Source: Azolla caroliniana (Eukaryota > Plantae > Polypodiophyta). From it: 64,000 nucleotides of DNA. Where the stretch lies: the NCBI GenBank assembly GCA_043228905.1, contig JBHGNT010000014.1:18042001-18106000 (forward strand), written 5' to 3'. The notes beneath the pieces are model-generated. The model was not told the DNA's origin and ran no database searches. It worked only from the letters and a program-made list of their open reading frames with translations. The stretch's first letter is position 1, and each line of letters starts with the position of its first letter. Both the position numbers and the translations under genes were made by a program. Of this stretch, positions 39,054 to 50,171 are shown piece by piece.

Positions 39054-41905
39054 ATGGATAGAGGCATGGCTACGTCGCTCCCGGTGGAGAAGCTTGACAG
39101 GAGCAACTATGCATCCTGGTCTTACAAGATGCACCAGTACCTGCTTGGACACGGGTACTGGAGTTATGTCGAAGGAGCGAATGATGCGGCGCCAGACTCG
39201 GCACACAAGGACTTCCAGGTATGGGAACAGGCGGCAAGCAGGGTGATGTACTACTTCGCGTCCAGTGTCGGCGATCAGCTGCTCAGCCTCATCCGTGACG
39301 CCAAAACACCGAAGGATGCTTGGGGAAACCTGAAAAAGGTTTTCGCCGCAAGCACCACTGCCCGGAAGCTGCAACTTAGACAAGAGTTGAGCAATGTTCG
39401 ACAGAAGAACATGTCTGTGGCAGACTACACGGGCTGGATAAAGGAAATCTGCGACTCGCTCACCTCTATCAATGTTACCATAGAGGAAGACGAGATGGTG
39501 CAGGTATGTCTCAGAGGCCTGGCGTCCAAGTTCGGAGCGTTTCGGACTGCGGTGTGTACAAGGGAGAATACCCCCTCATTCTTTGACTTACAGTCGATGC
39601 TCCTTGTAGAGGAGAACCACGCCGGTGCATCTACCAGTGCATCCCCGGACAACCAAATGCATCGGCTCCGTGGGCGTGGTGGAAGAGGTGGGTCGGCAAG
39701 CAATGGAGGCGGCCAGCAAGAGCAGGAACGAAGGCACTATGAGTGTGCCGACAGTAGTTCCGCGACTTCCACAAACAGGGGGAGTCAAGGCAGTGCCGAA
39801 GGCCGGCAAGACAAATCCGCTACGGAATGTTGGTACTGTGGCAAAAAAGGCCACAAGGAAAGCGAGTGCTGGAGAAAGCGTGCCGATCCGGACAAATCCG
39901 GATCCGGTAAGACTGGTAAGGGTGGCCGGCAAAACTCGCACTACGCAAACGGATCAGGAGGATCCGGAACCGGAAAGGCCGGTAAGGGGCCAGGCCAGCC
40001 TTGGTGATGAATCACAAGGCAAACTCAATGAAGAAGACCACTTCCAAAACGGAGGAAGTGTGGTATGTTGATTCCGGTGCGTCGAACCACATGACGAGCC
40101 ACAAAGAGTGGTTCTCCTTTCTGGAGAAACCGGATCAACCAGGAATAGTCGAAACCGGAGACGACACTCCTCACCCAATCGTGCACGTCGGAGAAGTCCC
40201 TCTAAGCCACGTCGGACAGAAAGGGAAGCTGATGAACGTATTACACGTTCCGACAATCACGAAGAACCTGGTGTCCGTCGGTCAGATTGTCGACCAGGGG
40301 ATGTAGGTGCGGTTTATGCACCTCGGGTGCTTCATTGAGGATGAGGGCGAAGTCATTGCGCAAGGGCATAGAGACGGGAGGATGTTTATCGTCAACACCA
40401 ATGACTTTGGCACCGCTTTGTTCGCGAAACGACAGAAGGTCAAGTCGGACATCGACCTGTGGCACAAGCGGATAGGCCACGTCAACTACCGGAGGCTTCA
40501 AGTTCTGCAAACGAAACAATCGTTTTCGGTTTGCCGAAGTTCAGCGGCCGGAGAGCCGAAATTTGTGAAGCCTGCCAACTTGGGAAGCAACACCGACTTC
40601 CATTCCCCACCGAACGGAACCGGAGCCATAACAAGCTCGATCTCATCCATTCGGATGTGTGGGGACCGGCACAAAGTGTAAGCCTTGGCGGGAGCCGGTA
40701 CTTCGTCTCCTTCATCGACGACTATACTCGACATACTTGGATCTACCTCATTGAGTGAAAGAGCGAAGTCTTCGACTGTTTCCGGAGCCTCCAGAAGATG
40801 GTGGAACGGGAATCGGAGAGGAAGATCAAATGCCTTCGGCCGGATGGCGGAAAGGAATATTTTTCCGGCCAATTCACTAGTTATCTGCAGCAGAAGGGAA
40901 TTCGGCGAGAGTTCAGCTGCAGATACACACCGGAGCAAAACGGTGTGGCCGAAAGGAAGAACTGAACACTCGTCGAAGCGGCAAGGACAATGCTAGAGGA
41001 GAAGAGCATGCCCCGGTTCTACTGGGCGGAGGCGGTCCAGACGGCTGTCTACATACAAAACCGCATTGGTGACAAGGTGTCAGCTCATGAGCTGTATTTC
41101 GGGCGCAAGCCGAACTTAAGACACCTTCGGATATTCGGCATCATAGCGTATGTGCATGTGTCGGATCAGAAGCGGAAAAAGCTGGATGCAAAATCGGAAA
41201 AATGCATCCTAGTCGGCTATGCTCAAGAGCAAAAGGGGTATAAGTGCTATAACCCTCGGACGAAGGAAGTCCGAGTTAGCCGGGATGTCGAGTTCGATGA
41301 ATCGGCATCCTGGTACTCTGTACCGACTCCGACTTCTGATCCCGACCCAATGTCGGAAGATCAGGCCAGTGAGCCTGAATCAGCCCTAACAGAGGATGAT
41401 GAAGCCGGGACTAAAGATGAGAGTCCGGAATCATTATGGTTGAGTGGACCGAACGAGCGACTGAGTCGATTGGACCAGTCGGATGAAGAGACGACAAGTG
41501 GTGGAGACTCTGCTGTGCTCTCCCCGCGCAAGGAACCGAGGAAACGGTTCACGCGCAAAGAGAAGGGGAAGAGGAAGATGCCGGAATTCGAAACCGGCAA
41601 CGATGAGTCGGATCGATGCGTATCCGACTCTGGAAAGGAGAAAGGCGGATCTTCGGCAACGAAGACTGAACTAGCCAAGAAGGGCCTCAAATCAGGTGAC
41701 GGTGCGTTGCGCCGATCAACCCGCCAGAAGGATCCCGTCATGTGGTACGGGTATAATGAATACATGGCGCATCATTATGCGTACATGACTAAGGTGACAG
41801 AAGTGCGTGAGCCGGAGAGCTACGTAGAAGCGGCAAAGGACGCAAATTGGCGTGCCGCTATGGACGAAGAAATGCAGGCACTCGATGCCAACGAAACTTG
41901 GGACC
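39054..41905 (+). pseudogene. Copia gag-protease-integrase (disrupted)
   Basis: UBN2-type gag, CWYCGKKGHKESEC knuckle, WYVDSGASNHM protease, LWHKRIGH GAG-pre-integrase and IHSDVWGP integrase. Several stops and frameshifts (e.g. ~40304, 40756, 40963). Confidence 0.93.
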
Positions 41906-42260
41906 TGTCAAGAATAGTACTAAAGCAGAGATGGAATTAGTACTAAGAGGAGTAGTACTATTAGTACTAAGAGGACGGGACTGCGTAAGATTCCCGAGAG
42001 AGAGGAAGTGAAAAGAGGAGAGAGAGAGAAATAGGATGATGACAACAGCTCTTATATTATATGAAAGATAAGTACAAATCGACTAAGAGGCTTAAGACTG
42101 GTGTTGAACCAATTTGGTTCAAAACAATGCCTTGTGCCTCCTTTTATAGTGTTTTTAGGAATAATCCTGAAATTTCTAGAATGTTCCAGAGAGATCTGGA
42201 ATATACATCAATTTTCTATGATAAAGCATAAATGAAAATAATATCCTACGAAATACAATT

Positions 42261-42320
42261 CATAGTCTAATGGTAAGAGCTCGACCCATGTAGCATAAGG
42301 TCATGGGTTCGAGTCTTGCC
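42261..42320 (+). promoter_or_regulatory. tRNA-like Pol III A-box/B-box cassette in the chromovirus LTR (second copy ~47502-47561)
   Basis: A box TAGTCTAATGG(TAAGAGC) at 42263-42273 and B box GGTTCGAGTC at 42306-42315, with tRNA-like spacing. Confidence 0.65.
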
Positions 42321-45300
42321 ATATCATGACACTATCTCCCCCTTGAAGACGATGAGTGGAACGAGTCGGCGCTAATTGCGGACCGGGTTTGTCCGGATAC
42401 TTTCGGTGGAAATCAGCAAGAAGATCTTGTGCATTGGCAACATGCTCGACGGGTTCCCAAGTACGTTCGCTCGAACTATAACCGAGCCAATCGACCAAGT
42501 AATAAAGTTTGTTGCGAACAAGTTTGGAATCGAGGATGGCAGCAACTTCATACTCCGCGCCGGCGTCCAACTCCAGCGGGGGCGGCGGTGGTGTCACACG
42601 ATCGGGAATGGTGTTTGCTTTATAAGGCTCAAGAAGAGAACAATGGAAAACCGGATGTATCTGAAGCTGTGGAGGGAGATCAAGGCGGAAGGTGACATCA
42701 TTAATCTTCCCCGTAATACGGAAAGGACCGAGTCGTCGATAATCCAACTTGTCGCACGGTCGAGTAGTCTTGATGTGACGACGTAAGAGCCATACTCGAT
42801 CTCCGATGGCAAAAGAGGAGGGAATCCGATGACGATCCGCATAAGTCTTCTGTGTGTGTTGAGCATGACGAAGGTGAGTAGAGAGATCCATCTGGATCTT
42901 TCGTAGCCTCTCCAAATGATCCTCGGCACGAGGGTTGGTAGGTAGCTCCGGAGTGTCGATCACCGACCAGCGAGGATGGAAACCGGTATAAGCGAAAAAT
43001 GGGGAGACCCGAGTCGAGGAGTGAATAGCATTATTATACGCAAACTCTGCAAAGTGGAGAATCTCGGCCCAATCGTCCTGTTGATAACTCAGGAAACACC
43101 GGAGATATTGCTCCAGCGTTTGGTTTGTTCGTTCCGCCTGTCCGTCGATCTGAGGATGGTAGCCGGAGGAGAGGTTGCAGGAGACCTTGAGCATCTTGAA
43201 GAGATGCTGCCAAAATTTGGAGACAAATTGCGGGCCTCGGTCACTGATAATACTGTCTGGGAGGCCATGATGCCGAAATACCTCACGCATAACAAGAGCG
43301 GCGGTTTCCTCGCTAGTGATGGCTTTAGTACATGGCACAAAATGTGCCATCTTCGTATATCGATTGACGACGGTTAGGATAGCATCGAACCCCTTCGAGA
43401 CCGGCAGATATGTGATAAAATCAAGACAAATAGACTGCCATGGCTTACTTGGAATCGGTAAAGGTTCCAACAAGCCATATGGATGGTGTCGTGGCATCTT
43501 TGCTCGGCAGCAAGCATCACAGGTCCGAACGTAGTCGTCGACAAAACGGCGCATGTGGGGCCACCAAAAAGATCGTTGCACTAGCTCCAACGTCTTAGTA
43601 CTACCGAAATGTCCCACCGTATGGGTCTCGTGACAATGTTGGACGATTTGAAGGCGACAGGAGCAATCAGGGACATATACGCGTTTTTTAAAGAATAACA
43701 AACCATCATGATATTCGAATTGTCGGTAGTCAATACCTGGTTGTTGAGACTAAGAACAGGATGCCCGAGAAGTATCAATGTGCGCCAAGATGTCTTGAAC
43801 AAAACTATCTGTCTTCAAGGTTGCACGTATGTCATCGGTAATCCGTGAATCCATCGGGGTGTGAAAAATCCGTGTCGTGTGCAATCGTGTTGGTCCCAAG
43901 ATTACTTGCTTTTGATTATCAAATGTTGTGTCACCAGGACGAGGTGCAAGATATGAGCGCCGTGATAGTGCATCTGCTTTTCCTTGCTGCTTCCCCGGTC
44001 GATATGTGATTTTGAAGTCGAAACGCGTGAGGAATTGCGCCCACCGAGCTTGCCGTCGATTTAGTACGTGAGCGTTCTGAAAATAAGCAAGATTTTTATG
44101 ATCGCTAAAGACAATGACCTGATGTGGAGAGCCCTCTAAGAAATGCCGCCATTGTACAAATGAATCCACGATGGCTAATAACTCCTTGTCATGTATTTCG
44201 TAGTTGATTTCTGCGACATCGAATTTGCGCGAATGGAAAGCCACCGGATGCAACTCTTCTTTATCACCTTGTTGACAAAGGATGCTACCGAGGGAAAAAT
44301 CTGATGCGTCGGCCTCCATGATGAATGGTTTGCTTGTATCCACATGAGCTAGAATCGGTGCTGATGTAAAGGCTTTCTTAAGATGCCGAAAAGCCATATC
44401 TGCTTCTATGGACCAAAGAAATGCTTGCCCCTTCTTCGTAAGTTGTGTGAGGGGTAAAATAATCTTCAAGTAATCCTGTATAAACTTACGGTAGAAGTTA
44501 GCAAAACCTAGAAAACATTGTACATCTCGTACCGACCGTGGAATTTGCCACTCTAGTACAGTTTGGATTTTAGCTGGATACATGGCGATGCCCTTTGAGG
44601 AGATAACGTAGCCTAGAAATTCCACTTGCTTGCAGTCAAAGCTACATTTTTCTAGCTTGGCATAAAGACCATTCTCGCGGAGTCGCTTTAGTACTAATAG
44701 TACATGAGAATCGTGCTCTTCCTGGGTCTTCGAATAAATCAACAGATCATCCAGATAAATGATCAAACAGATATCCAAGAGGTCTCTGAATATATCATTT
44801 GCCATGTGTTGGAAGACTGCGGGTGCATTGGTTAGGCCAAACGGCATAACAGTATACTCGAAATGCCCATACCGCGTGCGAAAGGCAGTCTTCCACTCAT
44901 CTCTCGGTCGGATCCGTACGAGATTATACGCTCCTCGTAGGTCGATTTTAGTAAAAAACTTGGCACCATTAACTCGCTCTAAAAGACTTGATATAAGAGG
45001 AAGTGCATACCTATTCCGGATGGTGACTTTATTCAATCCGCGGTAATCAACGACAAGACGAAATGAGCCATCTTTCTTCTTGACAAAGAAGATGGGTGCA
45101 CTGGCCGGAGATTTCGAATGGCGGATGAACCCGCTTGCCAAGTTCTCCTCTATGTAGGCTCGAAGGACTTCTAACTCGGTGGGTGACAAGTTGTAAATTG
45201 GTCCCCATGGTGGCTCGGTTCCTGGTTGTAAATCGATGGGACAGTCATAGGGACGATGATGAGGAAGGGTATCGGCTTTTACCTTGTCAAATACATCAGC

Positions 45301-45915
45301 ATAAGGATGATATTTTGTTGGAAGTTGTACTGAGGAGTCCTTCTTAATAGTGCTGAAAGGATGTACTGATATTGCAAATAGGAACATTGCCTCCTTGGGT
45401 CCTTCTTCACGTAGTTGATGGAGTGAAATGGTCGAAACTTGGTGAGTTGATTCTTGGGGTGGTCGATATCGGACTTCTCTTGTTCTCCAATCTATGGCTG
45501 GATTATGTAATTCAAACCAAGGTAATCCTAAGACAATGGGATGCTCTGGACTACTAATTATATTAAATGATATTACACACACAAAACTACCTAGGACAAC
45601 TTGAATGGGTTCTGATTCTTCTATAATATTCCCAGAAGCAATGGGACGACCATCAATGACTACTACAGATGTAGGACAAGGAAGTTTTCTTAAGGATATC
45701 TGAGAAGCTTGGGCAAAATTTCGATCCATGAAACAGGAATTCGCTCCGGAATCTAAAAGTGCTAGGACGGGTACTAGGGGAGTACTTTTAGTACTAACAA
45801 TGACTTGGGCTAGGAACACATTGCTAACTTGCTTGGAAGGAATGGAACCACTAATGGGCTGTACAGATCTAGGGCTGCTGTCCAACCAAATGGCTCCTAT
45901 TTTGGCTGGACTCAA
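42301..45915 (-). pseudogene. Chromovirus pol (protease, RT, RNase H, integrase, chromodomain) with one in-frame TAG at 43752-43750
   Basis: LLDSGANSCF, YLDDLLIYS, ADASDF, NYEIHDKELLAI, ISDRGPQF, GPF module and chromodomain EYEVAAILD...YLVDWLGYSSSERTWEP. Both ORF pieces are in the same frame. Confidence 0.95.
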
Positions 45916-47069
45916 TCGTTTAACTCTTCATCTAATTGACTAAGGATTTCAAATTTATTTGAGATACTTGGGCTATTAGTACTATGAATACTATCAAACA
46001 CTCTATTAGTACTATTAATACTATCAGACACTCCTAAGGGAAGAATTGACTCGGGTTTAGTACAGGCTACAATTTGATTTACCTGTCTTCTTGGCCTATG
46101 GGGACAATTGATTGCGATATGCCCTGGTCCACCGCAATAAAGACATAATCGATTTGCACGTCGTCGTTGCTTTTCCTCTTCCGATAACGGGCCGCGTCGA
46201 CGCATGGTATCGATTTCCATCGGTGTCGAAGTATTTGCTTGAGGAATGTCTCGTGCAAATGGTCTAGCTGCGACTGCGGCGTAAGTGGGCTCCGGCCTAG
46301 TGCGTGGTATCTGTAATTGGCGTTCCGAACGCCGTTCAAAGAGGCGGTTGTCACATCAGACCGCTCGACTGATTGCCTCCGTAAGAGACTTTGGTTCTTC
46401 GGGGAAGGTTAGAAGTAGATCTTTGACATCATTTCGCAGGCCATAGCGAAACTGCTCCATTAGTGCTTGATCATCCCAGGGTATGTCGGAAGCGAGTAGG
46501 CGGAAATCCGCCGCATAGGCAGAGGCTGGACGATCGCCTTGATGCAATCGCCGGATCTTGTTGATCGCCGTCCTGATGCTGTCGGTGTCTCCAAAGCAAG
46601 CATTGAACTCACTAATAAAATCTTCAAAGTTATTAAGCAAGGGCGATTGTTTTTCTAGAAGCAGAGCGAACCATGCTAAGGCTGAGCCGCTAAGCAACGT
46701 GCCTATTAAGCCGACTCGGGATGCATCAGTGGGGTATCGGGAAGGATGCATTTGGAGGACTAATCGTACCTGATTAAGGAATCCCCTGAATTGCGATCGC
46801 GTTCCATCAAATTTCACAGGAAGTCCAATCTTCGGCTCTTTATGAAATCCTTGGGGACTTGATCCTTGTTGTTGTAATGCCGCTTCGAGTTGTTGCACCC
46901 GTAACGCTAACTCCCCATGTTGTTGCTGCGTTTGTTGCTTTTCTAGAGCGATTTGTTGCAGATCCCCTATCGGTCGTTGGTTTTCTTGTTCCAGGGCAAC
47001 AAACTTTTCTTTTAGGCACTGTAACTCGGAGAAAACGGATTGATATTCTTGGGCGCTAACAGTAGCCAT
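45912..47069 (-). pseudogene. Chromovirus gag with one in-frame TGA at 46358-46356
   Basis: PKIGLPVKFDG (PEG10/Tf1-like), QFRYGLRNDVKD, PMEID and the [14 protein letters not shown] knuckle. Both pieces are in one frame. Confidence 0.92.
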
Positions 47070-47577
47070 AGTAGGGGGAAAGGGATAGGAGGATGAGGGA
47101 GAACGACAAGTAGGTTGGAGGAAAGAGGAAGAAAATTGGTTCAAACTGTCAGGAATAGTACTAAAGCAGAGATGGAATTAGTACTAAGAGGAGTAGTACT
47201 ATTAGTACTAAGAGGACGGGACTGCGTAAGATTCCCGAGAGAGAGGAAGTGGAAAGAGGAGAGAGAGAGAAATAGGATGATGACAACAGCTCTTATATTA
47301 TATGAAAGATAAGTACAAATCGACTAAGAGGCTTAAGACTGGTGTTGAACCAATTTGGTTCAAAACAATGCCTTGTGCCTCCTTTTATAGTGTTTTTAGG
47401 AATAATCCTGAAACTTCTAGAATGTTCCAGAGAGATTTGGAATATACATCAATTTTCTATGATAAAGCATAAATGAAAATAATATCCTACAAAATACAAT
47501 TCATAGTCTAATGGTAAGAGCTCGACCCATGTAGCATAATGTCATTGGTTCGAGTCTTGCCATATCATGACAGGACC

Positions 47578-49571
47578 TAGTTGATCCTCCCCGTCACTGT
47601 AAACCTATCGGATGCAAGTGGGTGTACAAGGTCAAGTACAACGCCGACGGTTCTGTTAACCGGTACAAAGTGGCGAAGGGATACGCGCAGACCCACGGAA
47701 TCGACTACAACGAGACCTTCGCTCCTGTGACGAAGATGACGACGGTTCGTGTGGTACTGGCGGTTGCTGCAGCAAGGGGGTGGCATCTTCACCAGATGGA
47801 TGTGAAGAACGCCTTCCTTCAAGGAGAGCTTGAAGAAGAAGTCTTTATGACTCAGCCCCCCGGATTTCAATCGGAGATGAACAAGTCGGCGGTATGCCGA
47901 CTGAAGAAGTCGCTTTACGGCTTGAAGCAAGCCCGCCGAGCCTGGAACGCGAAGATCACACACCGGCTGGGGTTTGTTGTCTCTAAGTCGGACTCTTCGT
48001 TGTTCATCCGGCAAGGCTCTGACGGTCCGGTATGTATACTCTTGTATGTGGATGATTTAGTCATCAACGGACCGGGTCTTCCCGAAATCAACCGCGTCAA
48101 GTCCCAGTTGTCGGACGCATTCGAAATGAAGGACCTGGGGGACCTTCATTATTTTCTTGGGATCGAAGTGATCTGGACCCCCGACGGAATATTGCTCTCA
48201 CAACGACATTACGTGTTGAATATGCTATATAAGTTCGGCATGACGGATTGCCGACCTGTCTCCACACCCTTGGACCGGAACCAGAAGCTCCGTCCCAACT
48301 CCGGACTGGCCTGCAATGAGAAACGGTTCCGCCAGGTTGTCGGAAGCCTGATCTACTTAACCATCACCCGACCCGACATCAGCTATCCGGTCGGCATGGT
48401 AAGTCAGTTCATGCAGAAGCCGACCATGGAGCACCTTCAGTGCGCGCAACGAATATTACGGTATGTCAGCGGCACTAAGGACCGGGGACTGCTATACCGT
48501 CGAGGTATACCTGAAGAGCTTGTTGGTTACACAGATGCTGACTGGGCCGGCGATGCGTCTGATCGCCACTCCACTTCCGGATACATGTTCTCCATAGGTA
48601 GTGCGGCCGTTGCGTGGAGCAGCAAGAAGTAGCCCACAGTGGCTTTGTCAAGCACTGAGGCTGAGTACCGGGCCGCTACCGTTGCCACTTGTGAAGCCAT
48701 CTGGCTTCGGCGACTGCTGCGAGACTTGCGGATCGAGGTACCAACCCTGATCCCGATTTACTGCGATAACATGAGCAGCCTGCAGCTCGCCAGGAACCCT
48801 GTGTTCCATGCACTCACAAAGCACATCGAGGTGCACTACCACTTCGTGCGTGAGCGGGTCCTGAGCGGTGAAGTTGATCTACGGTATGTTCATACGGATC
48901 GGCAAGTTGCCAACATCTTCACCAAGCCGCTCGGATCGGACAAGTTGCAACACTTTACCGACATGCTTGGTATTCAGCATCTTGACGTGCCGCACTTGAG
49001 AGGGAGAAGCAAGGGCAAAGTCTCTACCGAAACGGGCAAAGGCCAAAAAACTGTTGAACCCGTCGGTAAGAGGAGAGCCGAAAGAAGAGGAGACAAGAAG
49101 ATGAAGGAAGTCGAGTCGACAAAGGAAGTTGACACATCCGAACAGGTCGGAGCAAGCGGTTGTGAAGAAGAGTTGTGCACTCAGGAAGAGAAGCGCATGT
49201 TGTGCGGAGGTCATCACGACGGTACTGACCATGATACAGAGTCGAATGAAGAATTCGATTTCGGTTCACCGGCTGAAGAAGCCGAGGGAAGCATGGAGAA
49301 GGCCAAGACTCGGAAGTGGTCCGATGTGGTCAGAGGCCTGAAGCCGGAAGTCGATTCAGAGTGTACCGATTCGGACAAGAGCTGGAACGAGTCGGAGATA
49401 GCTAACTCGGATCAACAGATGGATCCGGATGAGTCGGATCGACTGAAGGCCAAGGGGACACGGACACAACGGAAGTCGATGCCATCGTTGGAGAACCGAT
49501 GGATCGGCAAGCGCCGGAGTCACAACAACGTGAGTGCTGAGATGGGCCTATTGAGCAGACATGCCGACTGA
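47578..49571 (+). pseudogene. Copia RT and RNase H (continuation) plus C-terminal extension
   Basis: LHQMDVKNAFLQG, YVDDLVI, YTDADWAG, ALSSTEAEY and TKHIEVHYHFVRE. TAG at ~48630. Confidence 0.93.
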
Positions 49572-50085
49572 GAGGGTCGAGGCGCGCAGAACCAAAGGGG
49601 TCGCGGCAAACGGGACCGGACCGGACGAGGAGCGCGAGCAAGGCGGAGTGACGCCAGGAGAAGTCGGTTGGAAGAACCGACTGCCACAGAGGTCAACACT
49701 ACGACCCCATCTCAGGTTGAGCTTGAGGGGGAGTGTTGAGCGGCAAGCTCAACCGGAGCCGGATCGGCTGAATAAGCCGGAGCCGGATCGGCTGAATAAG
49801 CCGGAGCCGGTAAGCGAGACGGATCGGGCGAAACGGATCGGTATGACGGTGAGCAACCGAACCGGCAAGCAGTGGAGGCCGGGTGCAATCCGTAACCGGA
49901 AGTCCAATCGGAAGCCTAGTATAGGATAGACTACTAGGTAGCTATAGTCTCGTAGTAAGTGTCAGATGCTCGTGTGAGCATTGAAGTACATGGTACTTCT
50001 GTCAGTCCCAAGAGGACTTGTATAAATAGTGCTACTTAGCACAGTGTGTATACATAGTCTTGATATAATTTTGAAATTACGTTCT

Positions 50086-50126
<41 letters not shown>

Positions 50127-50171
50127 TGTTCTCTGTTTTACGCTTCCGCAAACATTTACGTTTACACTAAC

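Larger units (their letters stand above)
41906..47572 (-). mobile_element. Ty3/gypsy chromovirus (Tcn1/Tf1-like), full length 5667 bp
   Basis: 426-bp LTRs 41906-42331 and 47147-47572, TSD GGACC, PPT AAGGGGGAGA next to the 3' LTR, and gag-pol order PR-RT-RH-IN-chromodomain. Confidence 0.97.
38561..50166 (+). mobile_element. Ty1/copia LTR retrotransposon (~5.9 kb net), interrupted by a chromovirus
   Basis: LTRs 38561-38959 and 49734-50166, TSD CTAAC, PBS TGGTATCAGAGC (tRNA-iMet, 38960-38971) and PPT GAGGGGGAG (49725-49733). Confidence 0.97.

Noticed and set aside
46356-46358. Programmed stop-codon readthrough in chromovirus gag (and at pol 43750)
   Set aside because: The stops interrupt otherwise continuous gag and pol frames and are simply explained by CGA>TGA and CAG>TAG deamination of methylated cytosines.
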